A DNA stretch of 64,000 bases from the sequence record PZ386976.1; one strand, given 5' to 3'. The translations under genes and the position numbers were made by a program. Numbering within the stretch: position 1 is the first letter of the stretch; each line of letters starts with the position of its first letter. Source of the stretch: a phage. Shown piece after piece: positions 31,666 through 41,537 of the stretch. The notes below the pieces were generated by a model that did not search any database, was not told the origin of the DNA, and worked only from the letters and a program-made list of their open reading frames with translations.

Positions 31666-32001
31666 ATGAAAATCAAAGAGATGAACATCAACGTTGTCTT
31701 AGAAGAACGTTGGGAGAACATTAAGAAGCCTGAAGATGGTAAAAAGTTCCTTAACAAAATTTTAGTAGCAGCTAAAGAAGAACTGACTGGGAAGATTGCA
31801 GCAGCAATCACAATAAAGGTTTGTGTAAAAGGTCTTCCACAACATCACCAGTTTGCTCTTGACGAGTTTAAAGAAAGCTTCTACAATCCAAATAAACAGA
31901 TGCTTGAAAGTAACTTTGCAGTATCTACAAGTATCGTTCATGACAGAAGCTTTATCCTTTACAAAAACATGAGAGGTGAGTCATGCAAGCATATTGGATA
32001 G
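31666..32001 (+). CDS. hypothetical protein
   Basis: 111 aa ORF. Confidence 0.4.
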   Translation: MKIKEMNINVVLEERWENIKKPEDGKKFLNKILVAAKEELTGKIAAAITIKVCVKGLPQHHQFALDEFKESFYNPNKQMLESNFAVSTSIVHDRSFILYKNMRGESCKHIG

Positions 32002-32159
32002 AAATTTTACTGTCACTTGGTAGTGTAGCAGTATTTGTTTACCTTCTTTGCAAGTACTATGCAGAGCACAAGAAGTGTGATTACTGCAACGGGGAAGGGT
32101 ATACAAGAGCAGGCTGTTGCCCTATTTGTGGCGGTTCTGGTAAAATGTTTAATAAGTAA
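31983..32159 (+). CDS. small membrane-anchored zinc-ribbon protein (below ORF-track size cutoff)
   Basis: about 58 codons: N-terminal hydrophobic helix then CDYCNGEGY...CPICGGSGK (CxxCxGxG pairs). Confidence 0.3.
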   Translation: MQAYWIEILLSLGSVAVFVYLLCKYYAEHKKCDYCNGEGYTRAGCCPICGGSGKMFNK

Positions 32160-32187
32160 TTTAACAGTAAACTAAGAGGAAAGTATT

Positions 32188-34554
32188 ATGCGCATGGTAA
32201 ACGACCACGCAGAAGTGATTAAGAGTTCAACTTCTTTGGAGACATCTCAAGCACAGATTACAATGACACCTGAAATGTTCAGCCTTTTAAGTTCAGGTGT
32301 ATACACATTTAAAGAAAGGGCAGTGATTCGTGAACTGTCATGTAACGCAGTAGATGCTCAAAAAGAAGCTGGAAAAGAGAACATCCCATTCCATGTGCAT
32401 TTACCTACTCGATTTGAGCCTTACTTTGAAGTCCGTGACTTTGGAACTGGTTTAACCCATGACAAAGTAATGAGTTTGTATCTGAACTATGGGGCTTCTA
32501 CGAAGAATGACTCCAATGATTACATTGGTGCAATGGGTATCGGCTCAAAATCCCCATTTGCAATTGCTCAGTCATTCACAGTATCTAGCTATGTTGATGG
32601 TGTTGTTAATAAGTACTCTGTTTACCTTGAGAATGGTATCCCTCAAGTAACTAAGCTTACTACCAACCCAACAAATGAACCCAATGGTTTAGCTGTACGT
32701 GTAGCAGTTGCTGACCATCGTATTTCAAAGTTCTTTGAAGAGGCTGGTCACGTATACTCATACTTTGCTGTAAAACCAGAAAGTAACGTTGTATATGATG
32801 ATGTATTAGCAGATATGAATGTCATTGCCCGTGAAGAGGGTGTTTATGATGCTATGATTCATAAGCAAAGCTGGCGTTCTAGTGGCAACAGGACAGAGTT
32901 TAATGTGGTGATGGGTAATATTGCCTACCCAGTGAACATGGAAGCATTACTTGGTGATGATTTCTTCAAAGTCTTGCCAGAGTTTTTCCGTAGGAGCGTA
33001 GACCTTGTAAACATCTACATGCCTATTGGTTCAGTGGCTATTGCAGCTTCTCGTGAAGCATTGCAGATGAATGACACGACAAAAAATGTTATCATTGAGG
33101 CTACTAAAAAGATAACTGAAGCCATTACAAAGGATGTTATCAAGAAAGTTAACAGCCAACCTACACTCATGGATGCTGCACAGGCTTATGCTGAGTTACG
33201 TTTGAACTCACGAGAGATGTTTAATGCTGTGTGTCCAAAGCTAGAGTGGGGAGGCGTTAAGCTTGATTCTCTGGAAGAAGAATTACTAAACATTCGTCGT
33301 GGGATTATCTACGCAGAAGACGGCTCAGTCATTTATGAACGTGACGGTAAAGGTAATATCAAGGTTGATAGGAACGGGAACAATATCCCTAAAGTGGATT
33401 ATCTTTATAATCCAGTTGCTTATGTCAAGTTCAACTCTTTAGAGAGTAAGATTCGTGCAACAGCACTTTCCTACACTCAAGAGGCAAGTATGTTCAATAT
33501 CTTTGGTGCAATGCGTAAAAGCCAAATTGAACAGTTTTTGTTCGTGATTAATGACCGTCGTAATAAAAATGGCACTGAGAAGACTGTAGGCCGCAATCAG
33601 ATTCTGCGTGGTGCATGTCGAGACTACGCTAACGAGTCAAGCCTGTTCCACAGATACAATGGTATTGTGTTTGTATTCTCGACTGAAAAAGAGTTAGATG
33701 ATTTAATCAATCTGCATAAACTTGATAAAAGTTTGTTAAAGATTGTGAAGATGTCTGATAAGGAACACCATTATCAGCGTAAAGAAGCTGTGAGGGGTGT
33801 TGTAAAACTCTGGAAAGCTGTTCCATCAGAAACTAAAGCTTCATACACAGAGGTGTCAGAAGACCTAGATACAATTGAAGAACCCCAGCTTTATATCAAG
33901 GCAGTAGGCGACACAGTTGATGGTGAATGTTTTTGCTCATCCCCAGAAGATGTAGCTAAAACAATTGCTAATGTTATAGGAAAAACAGTCTATGTTTTCC
34001 GAAAAGCAAATTGGAAAAAGATACCAGAAGACTGGATTGAAGTAGATGAGAAGCTATTGAATGACAGCTTAACTGATGTTCACTGGATTAATCATAACAG
34101 GTATATGACACGTATCTATATGAATGGTGTCCTTGACCTTACAAGTAGTTGGATTATTGCCAGAAACTTTACGTTTAATAACAAGAAGATTTCTCGCGGG
34201 TATTGCTATTCACGAGATACAAACAAAACCATCTTCTTAGAAGGTAATGAGAATGCTGTTGAGGCAATGTTTGGTAAGATTCAGTATGTGGCTGCACCGT
34301 TTGCATACACTTACACTATCAGTGTTCTTCAGGATTTGAAGTCATGCCTTGACAATGATACAAAACTGTACAAAAAGATTAAGAAAGCGGGTGACCGCAT
34401 GGTTATCAAACTGACAAACTACCTTTCAAAAAGAAAACAAGAAAACTTCTTGCTTTCCCATTTAGATTGGAATAAAGTGTCACCCATCGAAGTGAGTAAG
34501 TTCTTAGGCTTTGATGTGAAGTGTGTTCCAGAAGGGACTACAATTTACGATTAA
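32188..34554 (+). CDS. rIIA: rIIA protein
   Basis: N-terminal region closely matches T4 rIIA (RAVIRELSCNAVDA, VRDFGTGL, NDYIGAMGIGSKSPFA). Confidence 0.75.
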   Translation: MRMVNDHAEVIKSSTSLETSQAQITMTPEMFSLLSSGVYTFKERAVIRELSCNAVDAQKEAGKENIPFHVHLPTRFEPYFEVRDFGTGLTHDKVMSLYLNYGASTKNDSNDYIGAMGIGSKSPFAIAQSFTVSSYVDGVVNKYSVYLENGIPQVTKLTTNPTNEPNGLAVRVAVADHRISKFFEEAGHVYSYFAVKPESNVVYDDVLADMNVIAREEGVYDAMIHKQSWRSSGNRTEFNVVMGNIAYPVNMEALLGDDFFKVLPEFFRRSVDLVNIYMPIGSVAIAASREALQMNDTTKNVIIEATKKITEAITKDVIKKVNSQPTLMDAAQAYAELRLNSREMFNAVCPKLEWGGVKLDSLEEELLNIRRGIIYAEDGSVIYERDGKGNIKVDRNGNNIPKVDYLYNPVAYVKFNSLESKIRATALSYTQEASMFNIFGAMRKSQIEQFLFVINDRRNKNGTEKTVGRNQILRGACRDYANESSLFHRYNGIVFVFSTEKELDDLINLHKLDKSLLKIVKMSDKEHHYQRKEAVRGVVKLWKAVPSETKASYTEVSEDLDTIEEPQLYIKAVGDTVDGECFCSSPEDVAKTIANVIGKTVYVFRKANWKKIPEDWIEVDEKLLNDSLTDVHWINHNRYMTRIYMNGVLDLTSSWIIARNFTFNNKKISRGYCYSRDTNKTIFLEGNENAVEAMFGKIQYVAAPFAYTYTISVLQDLKSCLDNDTKLYKKIKKAGDRMVIKLTNYLSKRKQENFLLSHLDWNKVSPIEVSKFLGFDVKCVPEGTTIYD

Positions 34555-34569
34555 AGTGTTTGACAAGGG

Positions 34570-34599
34570 GCTTTGAAGCCCCTTAGAATAGCCTTACAA
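34570..34599 (+). promoter_or_regulatory. promoter-like element with stem-loop in spacer
   Basis: ttgaca, then 17 nt containing aggggctttgaagcccc hairpin, then ttagaa/tagaat. Confidence 0.35.
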
Positions 34600-34633
34600 A
34601 ATGATTTATTAACTAACAAGAGAGAGTAATAAG

Positions 34634-35743
34634 ATGACTATTAAAACTAAAGCACAGATTGACGCAGAAATTTACAAACTGGTTAAAGAGGGTAAGCTGA
34701 CTAAAACAGCTATTGCACAGAAATTTAACACCTCAACCCGTTCAGTCGGTCGTGCTGTAGAGCGTCATGAAGCAACCTTAAAAGGTAAGAAAAAGGTAGC
34801 TTCTAAACCAGCTACGAAGACTTTGAAGCAAGTTGCTAAATCAGTTAAAAAGAAAGCTGGAAAACCAGTTGAAAATGTTGTTAAAGAGACTGTACAAAAG
34901 GCTCCGGTAAATAAACTACACGAAGCTATGCAGAATGGTAACCAGATTGAGTATATGATTACTGGCGATTCTGTTATCATGACTTTCGGTGCAGATTCTG
35001 AAATCGTTGAATCTACCCATCCGAACTACAAAGAAATCGTAATGGCTGTTGTATCCGGTGAGTATAAGAAAGCTTTCGAACTGATGAACATTCGTAAATC
35101 TATCGAAAACTTCACTCAGGGTGCTATCACCATCAAAGGTGACAAGTTATTCTACGGTGCTGTTGAGATGCGTTCTACTCTGGTTGACCGTATTCTTCAC
35201 ATGATGAAGACTGGAGATAAAGGTTTTGAACGCCTTGTGATGTTCTTCGAAAAACTGATGGAAAACCCATCTAAAGACTCTGTAGAACAACTTTGGGGCT
35301 TTGTATCTCACCTTGATGTTGAAATTGATGAAGAAGGCTACATCATTGGTTGGAAGAAAGTCTCTACTCGTGAAGGCAAGCTGGTTGACTCCCACACCTA
35401 CAAAGTACCTAATGATTTGGGTAACATTGTAGAAATGCCACGTTGGATGGTTGATAACAACCGTAACGTGACTTGCTCTCAAGGTCTTCATGTTGGTGCT
35501 TGGGACTATGTTCGTTGCTTCTCAGGTGATACAATCCTGAAGGTTCGTGTCCATCCACGAGATGTTGTATCTGTTCCAACTGATTACAACGATATGAAGA
35601 TGCGTTCGTCTCGTTATGAAGTTGCAGCAATCGTTGATAATCAACGTAAAGTGCTGAAAGCATGGGATGGCAAGACTGAAGCTTTGCATGTCATCGTTGG
35701 CACTGCTGGAGAACTTATCTCCCAACGTAAACGTGAAATCTAA
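34634..35743 (+). CDS. rIIB: rIIB protein
   Basis: C-terminal half closely matches T4 rIIB (RSTLVDRIL, CSQGLHV, KVRVHPRDVVSVPTDYNDMKMR). Confidence 0.75.
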   Translation: MTIKTKAQIDAEIYKLVKEGKLTKTAIAQKFNTSTRSVGRAVERHEATLKGKKKVASKPATKTLKQVAKSVKKKAGKPVENVVKETVQKAPVNKLHEAMQNGNQIEYMITGDSVIMTFGADSEIVESTHPNYKEIVMAVVSGEYKKAFELMNIRKSIENFTQGAITIKGDKLFYGAVEMRSTLVDRILHMMKTGDKGFERLVMFFEKLMENPSKDSVEQLWGFVSHLDVEIDEEGYIIGWKKVSTREGKLVDSHTYKVPNDLGNIVEMPRWMVDNNRNVTCSQGLHVGAWDYVRCFSGDTILKVRVHPRDVVSVPTDYNDMKMRSSRYEVAAIVDNQRKVLKAWDGKTEALHVIVGTAGELISQRKREI

Positions 35744-35760
35744 TAAGTAATTTCTTAAAA

Positions 35761-35783
35761 GGCTGCTTCGGCGGCCTTTTTTT
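35761..35783 (+). terminator. rho-independent terminator
   Basis: ggctgc-ttcg-gcggcc followed by T7 run. Confidence 0.5.
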
Positions 35784-35844
35784 ATTTGTATTTTGTGCAG
35801 AGTGCTGTATAATTGTTGTCACGATAAACTAAACAGGAGAACCA

Positions 35845-36393
35845 ATGAAGAAATTGATTCTAGGTTTGTGCTTAATGTTTACAGCACACTTATCTTATGC
35901 AGTTGACTGCCCAGAGCTATCAATTAGCCAAAAAGTAAACATGTTAAAAGCTTACCAGTATGGTGAGAATAACATGGGTAAAGGTTGGGGTATCACTCTA
36001 GCTGCTATAGCCTTACAAGAGTCAGAGTTAGGCCTGAATGTAGAGAATAAAAAGACACATGATTATGGTATCTTCCAGAATCACTTGAAGACTGTTGTAA
36101 AGCGTAACAAAATCAGTCCTAATGTGGCTAAAAAGAAACTCTTAAAAGACTTTGACTATGCTGCGAAGGAAACGCACAAAGAGCTTGAGTTTTGGACAAA
36201 GGTGCATGGTCAGCCAAAGTCAAAGAAGACTTTACAAAAAGTTTTAGCATCTTATAATGCTGGGTATTCGTACAAAATCCCTAAAGCTAAGAAATATTCT
36301 CAAGATGTCTATAACAACATGAAAGCGATTGCTCAATGTGAATTTGCAACAAACATTTCTAAGGTAAATCATGAAAAAATTAAGAAAGTCTGA
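35845..36393 (+). CDS. putative secreted lytic transglycosylase-like protein
   Basis: signal peptide; SLT-like ALQESELG...YGIFQ. Confidence 0.4.
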   Translation: MKKLILGLCLMFTAHLSYAVDCPELSISQKVNMLKAYQYGENNMGKGWGITLAAIALQESELGLNVENKKTHDYGIFQNHLKTVVKRNKISPNVAKKKLLKDFDYAAKETHKELEFWTKVHGQPKSKKTLQKVLASYNAGYSYKIPKAKKYSQDVYNNMKAIAQCEFATNISKVNHEKIKKV

Positions 36394-37066
36394 TGAAGTA
36401 TTGTGCCATGCTTATGACTTACATCCTCATGAGTTAGGTCTTGATTCCTGTGTATGGACTCCAGAACAGTGCAGGGATTTTGAAGACACAGCAAGAGAAG
36501 TTGTATGTTCACTTGAAGAGTTCCACACAACAGAGCCAATTGTGAATGTTGTAGATAAAGAGACTGGACAAGCTATAGGTGTAAGTCGTGACAGCTTATT
36601 CATAGTCAATAAAGACCTTGTAGAAAAAGGTAACCTCATCTTAGCAGATATTGATGGTGTTCTTACAAATTTTAATCACGAAGATTGTTCAACGGAATTG
36701 ACTGATGGTTCATTTTCACAGTACACTAATCTTCTTGACTCTGTAAGAGCAAAACCAACGTATGTTTTCAATATCATTGATGCAATTGCTAATCATGCTG
36801 CCGTTGGACTCTTGACAGCGAGAGGCGAATCTCAGAGAATACCTACTGAGATGTTTTTAAGGCATAACACAGAGCATGATTATATGCTTTTTATGCGTGG
36901 TTTTGGAACTAACTCTATAAGTGCAGAAAGTTTGAAAGTGAGGATGATTCAGTCTTGCATTCTGCCTTACTTTAATATAGTATGTTTTATAGAAGATACA
37001 GAGAAGAATGTGCAGAAGGTGAACAGAATCCTTCCACACATCAAAACCATGTTAGTTAAACATTGA
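36371..37066 (+). CDS. hypothetical protein
   Basis: 231 aa ORF. Confidence 0.45.
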   Translation: MKKLRKSDEVLCHAYDLHPHELGLDSCVWTPEQCRDFEDTAREVVCSLEEFHTTEPIVNVVDKETGQAIGVSRDSLFIVNKDLVEKGNLILADIDGVLTNFNHEDCSTELTDGSFSQYTNLLDSVRAKPTYVFNIIDAIANHAAVGLLTARGESQRIPTEMFLRHNTEHDYMLFMRGFGTNSISAESLKVRMIQSCILPYFNIVCFIEDTEKNVQKVNRILPHIKTMLVKH

Positions 37067-37076
37067 GAGAAAACTT

Positions 37077-37541
37077 ATGAACAATATCATTACGGTAGCA
37101 CTGGACGTTACGGCAAACAAATCTGAAGTAGTTCGTAACATTATCAAGAGCAACTTTGAGGGTAAAATCTTCCGTGCTGTCAATGTAAAAGCAGACGGCA
37201 ACATCCGAGAGTATCGTGCTCTTTTGAATGTTAAGAAACACGTCAAAGGTTCTGGTTCAACGACTGCACACAAAGAAAACCTGATGACTATCTATGATAT
37301 GGGGATGGCCTCAGAATTAGGTGCTGAAGGTATCGTTAAAGAAGGTGCTCCGTACCGCTCTTTCAATCTGGAAACTGCTCTTATGCTTTCCTTTACAAGT
37401 GGTTCTAAAACAACTACTTATCTCTTTACTGATGCTGCAACGGTATCTGCTATCAAGGATGGCACTGTCAAAGCTGGCGTAGTTGCTGCTGCAAAAGCTT
37501 CTTCGATGGCTGCGAATATCCTTGCTAAAGTCCTCAGTTAA
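37077..37541 (+). CDS. hypothetical protein
   Basis: 154 aa ORF. Confidence 0.45.
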   Translation: MNNIITVALDVTANKSEVVRNIIKSNFEGKIFRAVNVKADGNIREYRALLNVKKHVKGSGSTTAHKENLMTIYDMGMASELGAEGIVKEGAPYRSFNLETALMLSFTSGSKTTTYLFTDAATVSAIKDGTVKAGVVAAAKASSMAANILAKVLS

Positions 37542-37553
37542 GGTTAAGATACA

Positions 37554-37574
37554 GGCTCCTTCGGGAGCCTTTTT
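37554..37574 (+). terminator. rho-independent terminator
   Basis: ggctcc-ttcg-ggagcc followed by TTTTT. Confidence 0.5.
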
Positions 37575-37593
37575 CATTTCAGGAGGTTGTTAA

Positions 37594-37941
37594 ATGACAT
37601 TTAAAGAGTTCTGTCAAGCTACTTTCATAATTGTTTTCTTAGTTGGGGCAGGTGTCTGGGGAGGATACTCTTACAGAGACTACCAAGTTGCTGAAACTGA
37701 GCTAAACAATCAAAAGCTCATAAGTGTTGCTAAAGATGCTTATCAGGAAGGATTAGTTACACTGAGCACCAATTACAAAAATGATTTGAAAGATGTGCTT
37801 GCTAAGAATAAGCACACAAAAGAGGTACTAACATATGAAAAAACTAAGCCAGAGTTTTATAATGTTTGTGTTACTGATAATTATGTCAGGGTGTTCAACG
37901 AACAAAGTGAACAGTACATTCAAAAACTCCCAAGTAAGTGA
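37594..37941 (+). CDS. putative i-spanin (Rz-like)
   Basis: N-terminal transmembrane helix then coiled-coil-like domain; overlaps lipoprotein gene in another frame. Confidence 0.5.
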   Translation: MTFKEFCQATFIIVFLVGAGVWGGYSYRDYQVAETELNNQKLISVAKDAYQEGLVTLSTNYKNDLKDVLAKNKHTKEVLTYEKTKPEFYNVCVTDNYVRVFNEQSEQYIQKLPSK

Positions 37942-38104
37942 GAGTGATAAGTACACTCAAGAAGAATCACGGTATATCATCAAAGGCAACACAGGCAGTG
38001 ATGTAGCAGCAGCACTTGAGTTCTACCGTGACGGCTTTTACCAGTGTACAATTAAAGCTAATAACCTTATTGACATGATTTTATTAGGGAATAAGCAGCA
38101 ATGA
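37835..38104 (+). CDS. putative o-spanin (Rz1-like lipoprotein)
   Basis: signal peptide with lipobox IMSGC; starts inside 3' end of Rz-like gene. Confidence 0.5.
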   Translation: MKKLSQSFIMFVLLIIMSGCSTNKVNSTFKNSQVSESDKYTQEESRYIIKGNTGSDVAAALEFYRDGFYQCTIKANNLIDMILLGNKQQ

Positions 38105-38370
38105 CAGAGAATCAAGACACTTTCTATGTAGAAGGTTACTTACTGTTGCCACGACCAAAAGAAACTTATATGCGAATTGATTTCTTACCAACCATTATGG
38201 ATAATGTGATGTACCATATCTTTATGCAAGGTGTCACAGCACAACTTAAACATGTTGGTAAAGAGTGCAAAATAAAGATTGACACTCATCCAGAAATCAA
38301 AGAGAATCACTACACATGGTTCTTACCAGACTCTAAAGAAATCTTAGCAGTTCTTAAAACGAGGAAGTAA
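38101..38370 (+). CDS. hypothetical protein
   Basis: 89 aa ORF. Confidence 0.4.
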   Translation: MTENQDTFYVEGYLLLPRPKETYMRIDFLPTIMDNVMYHIFMQGVTAQLKHVGKECKIKIDTHPEIKENHYTWFLPDSKEILAVLKTRK

Positions 38371-38372
38371 CT

Positions 38373-38699
38373 ATGCAGATTAATGGAAGAGACTTTGTAG
38401 CCGTTTACTACGAGAAAGGTAAAGAAGTTGGCGTAGCACAAGTATCTTATGGCAATGGTAAGTGGCTATATGGAACAATCGCAGTAGTAGGAACAAGAAG
38501 TGATACAAAAACTTTTAAAGATTGTGTTGAACTTCTTGAAGAATCCATCCATAATCATTGGTGTCTGATATGGATGACTGATAACGAAGTGATGGAGCGT
38601 TTCAAAAAGATTGATATCCACATTGACAGTATTGAGCATGTTGATTTATATGAGCTAACTGAGAAGGTAAACTATGAAAGTAATACTAGCCAGAGATAA
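38373..38699 (+). CDS. hypothetical protein
   Basis: 108 aa ORF. Confidence 0.4.
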   Translation: MQINGRDFVAVYYEKGKEVGVAQVSYGNGKWLYGTIAVVGTRSDTKTFKDCVELLEESIHNHWCLIWMTDNEVMERFKKIDIHIDSIEHVDLYELTEKVNYESNTSQR

Positions 38700-38907
38700 A
38701 AAGACCCGCAAGATTGTACGTTCAGCAGTATTCATAGGGAGAGATGAAGTCGTCCCGTTTGCAGGGGAAGATGTGCTAACTTATAAGAAGGGTTTAAAAC
38801 GTAAATTCAGTGACCGTTTACGCGGCTTCATCTCTGAACCATTAGAAGATTTCAAAAGTCGCTGTGGCGAAGGCATCATCATTCAAGAGGCAATTATTCA
38901 TGGCTGA
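38674..38907 (+). CDS. hypothetical protein
   Basis: 77 aa ORF. Confidence 0.35.
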   Translation: MKVILARDKKTRKIVRSAVFIGRDEVVPFAGEDVLTYKKGLKRKFSDRLRGFISEPLEDFKSRCGEGIIIQEAIIHG

Positions 38908-39100
38908 TTTCTGCAAAGATTGTGCTATCGAAATGTTTGGACGTGATACAGGTGACTTAAAAGGTCTCATCACTGAAGATGACTTTAAAGCTGGCTATGC
39001 AATGCCAGTAATCTGTGAAGGTTGTGGGTGCATCTGGGTAGACCACGAAGGGCAACGTGTAAAACCTTCAGAAGATAAAGAATCTTGGGAGAGATGTTAA
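38864..39100 (+). CDS. hypothetical Cys-rich protein
   Basis: 78 aa with CKDC...CEGCGC. Confidence 0.35.
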   Translation: MAKASSFKRQLFMADFCKDCAIEMFGRDTGDLKGLITEDDFKAGYAMPVICEGCGCIWVDHEGQRVKPSEDKESWERC

Positions 39101-39886
39101 ATGGGTATTGTAAAAATCATCAATGGTGATATCTTTGCAGCATTTGATAAAGGTAAGTTTGACGTCATTGGTCACGGTTGCAACTGTATGAATTTAATGG
39201 GTGCAGGTATCGCTGACAAGATTTCTAAACTTTACCCAAAAGCATATGAGACTGATACAGAAGTTTATCTATATGCAGGCGGTATAGGCCACAAACCCTG
39301 TGAAAATTTACTGGGTAATTTCTCCGTAGCACGTTTAAAACAAGGTCGTATAGCTAACCTTTACACTCAGCTTAAGACTGGTAAAGATGCCAGATACAGT
39401 GCTTTAGAGTCATCTTTGAAACAGCTTAACAGATACTGTGAAGTCAACCAGTTGAAGAAGGTTGGTCTACCTATGATTGGTGCAGGTATCGGTGGGCTAG
39501 ACCCTCAAGCCGTCACAGTTATCATTAATCAGGTGATGAAGAGTGTAGATGTGTATCTTTATGTCTACGAAGGAGAGATGTACCACAAGTTACGCTCAGG
39601 TTGGAAGAACTACTGTGAACCAGAATACTTTGCAGGTGTAGTAGTGTTCACTAATGATGCAGTTACCCTCTTCAGACGAAGAAAAGGTAAGATACATCAA
39701 AGTAACCCTCCGGTTGAAAAGATGTCTCTAAGTAACGCTCTAGTTACCCACCTGTCGAAGAGCAGTCACAGGATTGCAGTAACATTTGGCAGTGATGCAG
39801 ATGCTTACATCTATGCAAGAACTGATGAGGATATCGAGACGGTTTTCTCTTCACCAGAGCTTACCTTCTTAGACGCAAAGAACTAA
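39101..39886 (+). CDS. macrodomain protein (putative ADP-ribose binding/hydrolase)
   Basis: macrodomain-like glycine motifs VIGHGCNCMNLMGAGIA and PMIGAGIGGL; extra C-terminal ~100 aa. Confidence 0.55.
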   Translation: MGIVKIINGDIFAAFDKGKFDVIGHGCNCMNLMGAGIADKISKLYPKAYETDTEVYLYAGGIGHKPCENLLGNFSVARLKQGRIANLYTQLKTGKDARYSALESSLKQLNRYCEVNQLKKVGLPMIGAGIGGLDPQAVTVIINQVMKSVDVYLYVYEGEMYHKLRSGWKNYCEPEYFAGVVVFTNDAVTLFRRRKGKIHQSNPPVEKMSLSNALVTHLSKSSHRIAVTFGSDADAYIYARTDEDIETVFSSPELTFLDAKN

Positions 39887-39954
39887 GAAACTTCGTAGTA
39901 TATTCACAATAGACTAAGCCTTTCTTATCTGGTAAATTTTTCAGGTAAGGAGGG

Positions 39955-40140
39955 CTTTTTCATTTCAGAATTGTGCAGGTAGAGTTCTGTAGAGAAATCT
40001 ATAGAGAAAATTTTGAACTCCAAAGAGAAAATTCATTTTCAAACTGTGCAGGTAATCTCCAAAGAGCTTTTCCATTTTCAAAACGTGCAGACCCCACTCA
40101 GGTCGGGCAAGAAAAATCATTTTAGAATTGTGCAGGTAGG
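39955..40140 (+). repeat. four direct repeats of (cattttca)NNNtgtgcaggta, iteron/operator-like
   Basis: tgtgcaggta at 39972, 40045, 40129 and variant cgtgcagacc at 40084, spaced 40-75 bp, in ORF-free region before small-gene array. Confidence 0.4.
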
Positions 40141-40393
40141 TGGGTGTAGGTGGGGCTGTCGCCATTTCTCACAAGGCTACCACATATGAAAATAAAAGTC
40201 AACAGAAAAATTTGTAGCGGATTGAAAAATAATTCTTGATTGTAGTTCTGTTTTGTGGTAGTCATGCGCGCCCGTTTCATTCCATTTTTGCAAAAATATT
40301 TTTAAAATTTTTTATTGACTCTTTGAACGGGTTTTTATAGTATTTGCATCAGACGGGCAATCAAGCCCACTTCCTAAACTGGAGAATCTAAAA

Positions 40394-40600
40394 ATGCTTT
40401 ACAGTCGTGAATTGATGGTTACAACTAACGTTAACACAAAGGTAAAACGTTTTTACATGCAAATTTGTGGCGTATGGTCTAGAATATCAGAGGCTGACTA
40501 TTGCAACTATGTAGGAACAGCTATAGAATCTAATTGCTACCTTACAAGAAACACTAAGAACTTTATAAGACAGACAGCAATTTACTACTACGATAAATAA
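40394..40600 (+). CDS. small hypothetical protein (array ORF 1)
   Basis: 68 aa, RBS ggaga. Confidence 0.4.
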   Translation: MLYSRELMVTTNVNTKVKRFYMQICGVWSRISEADYCNYVGTAIESNCYLTRNTKNFIRQTAIYYYDK

Positions 40601-40690
40601 AAAGTACTTTACAGGGGGCTTATAAGGCTGTACAGTAAGCCCCAGATAAAGAGCTTTACCACATTAACCCTTAAACTAGGAGATTCTAAA

Positions 40691-41074
40691 ATGGCATATC
40701 GCGCACCTAAATTCATCAATAAAGACAACTTTCGCAACGCACTGGAGAAGTCACTTGATGAGAATTTTAAAGGCAACGTTATTGTTGTTCACTCGTTTAA
40801 TTTCAAGTATGATATCAACGGGAATAAAATCAACCATTACACGGCAACCATGATAGATGGTACACTATCAAGTGAAAAAGCCATTTTGCATGCACTTGCT
40901 GGACGTGGTAAAAACCTGATAAAATGTGATAAGAGACGTTATCAGGGTGGCGCATATGGTTATGATGATGCTGTTTATCATCTTGAAAATATGGGCTATC
41001 AAGTAGAAAAAGCTGGAGCGTCTCAAATAATCGGTAGTGATGGTTACGTAACTATCTTCAAAATTAACAAATAA
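40691..41074 (+). CDS. small hypothetical protein (array ORF 2)
   Basis: 127 aa; C-terminal KINK encoded within repeat cassette. Confidence 0.45.
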   Translation: MAYRAPKFINKDNFRNALEKSLDENFKGNVIVVHSFNFKYDINGNKINHYTATMIDGTLSSEKAILHALAGRGKNLIKCDKRRYQGGAYGYDDAVYHLENMGYQVEKAGASQIIGSDGYVTIFKINK

Positions 41075-41159
41075 AGTACTTTACAAGGGGCTTATAGTTC
41101 GATAAAGTAAGCCCCAGATAAAGAGCTTTACCACTCAATCCTAAATTGGAGAACTAAAA

Positions 41160-41453
41160 ATGGCTATTATCAAAAACGTTGTAATTGCTGCAAAAACTCG
41201 TGATGACGCTCGCGTTATGGCTAAAAAGTTATGCGGGAAAGTGGTTGACAACGGAAAACAATCTGCTGTAAGGTGGGGCGTGAAGGCTGATAAACAGTTG
41301 AAGTTAAAAAATTCACCGATAAACCTTTTTACATGTGTAAACACTATCGGGAAGACAACTGTATACACGAAAAAGGCATACATTAGACGCGTAGCATTAA
41401 CATCCCCCATTCGTACAATGAGAAGTTATGCAAAGCTGAAAATTAACAAATAA
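41160..41453 (+). CDS. small hypothetical protein (array ORF 3)
   Basis: 97 aa basic. Confidence 0.4.
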   Translation: MAIIKNVVIAAKTRDDARVMAKKLCGKVVDNGKQSAVRWGVKADKQLKLKNSPINLFTCVNTIGKTTVYTKKAYIRRVALTSPIRTMRSYAKLKINK

Positions 41454-41537
41454 AGTACTTTACAGGGGGCTTAAAAGTTGATATCTTAAGCCCCAGATAA
41501 AGAGCTTTACCACTCAATCCTAAACTGGAGATTCAAA

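Noticed and set aside
34765-35725. Four minus-strand ORFs opposite rIIB
   Set aside because: rIIB matches T4 rIIB over this region; the antisense ORFs are shadows.
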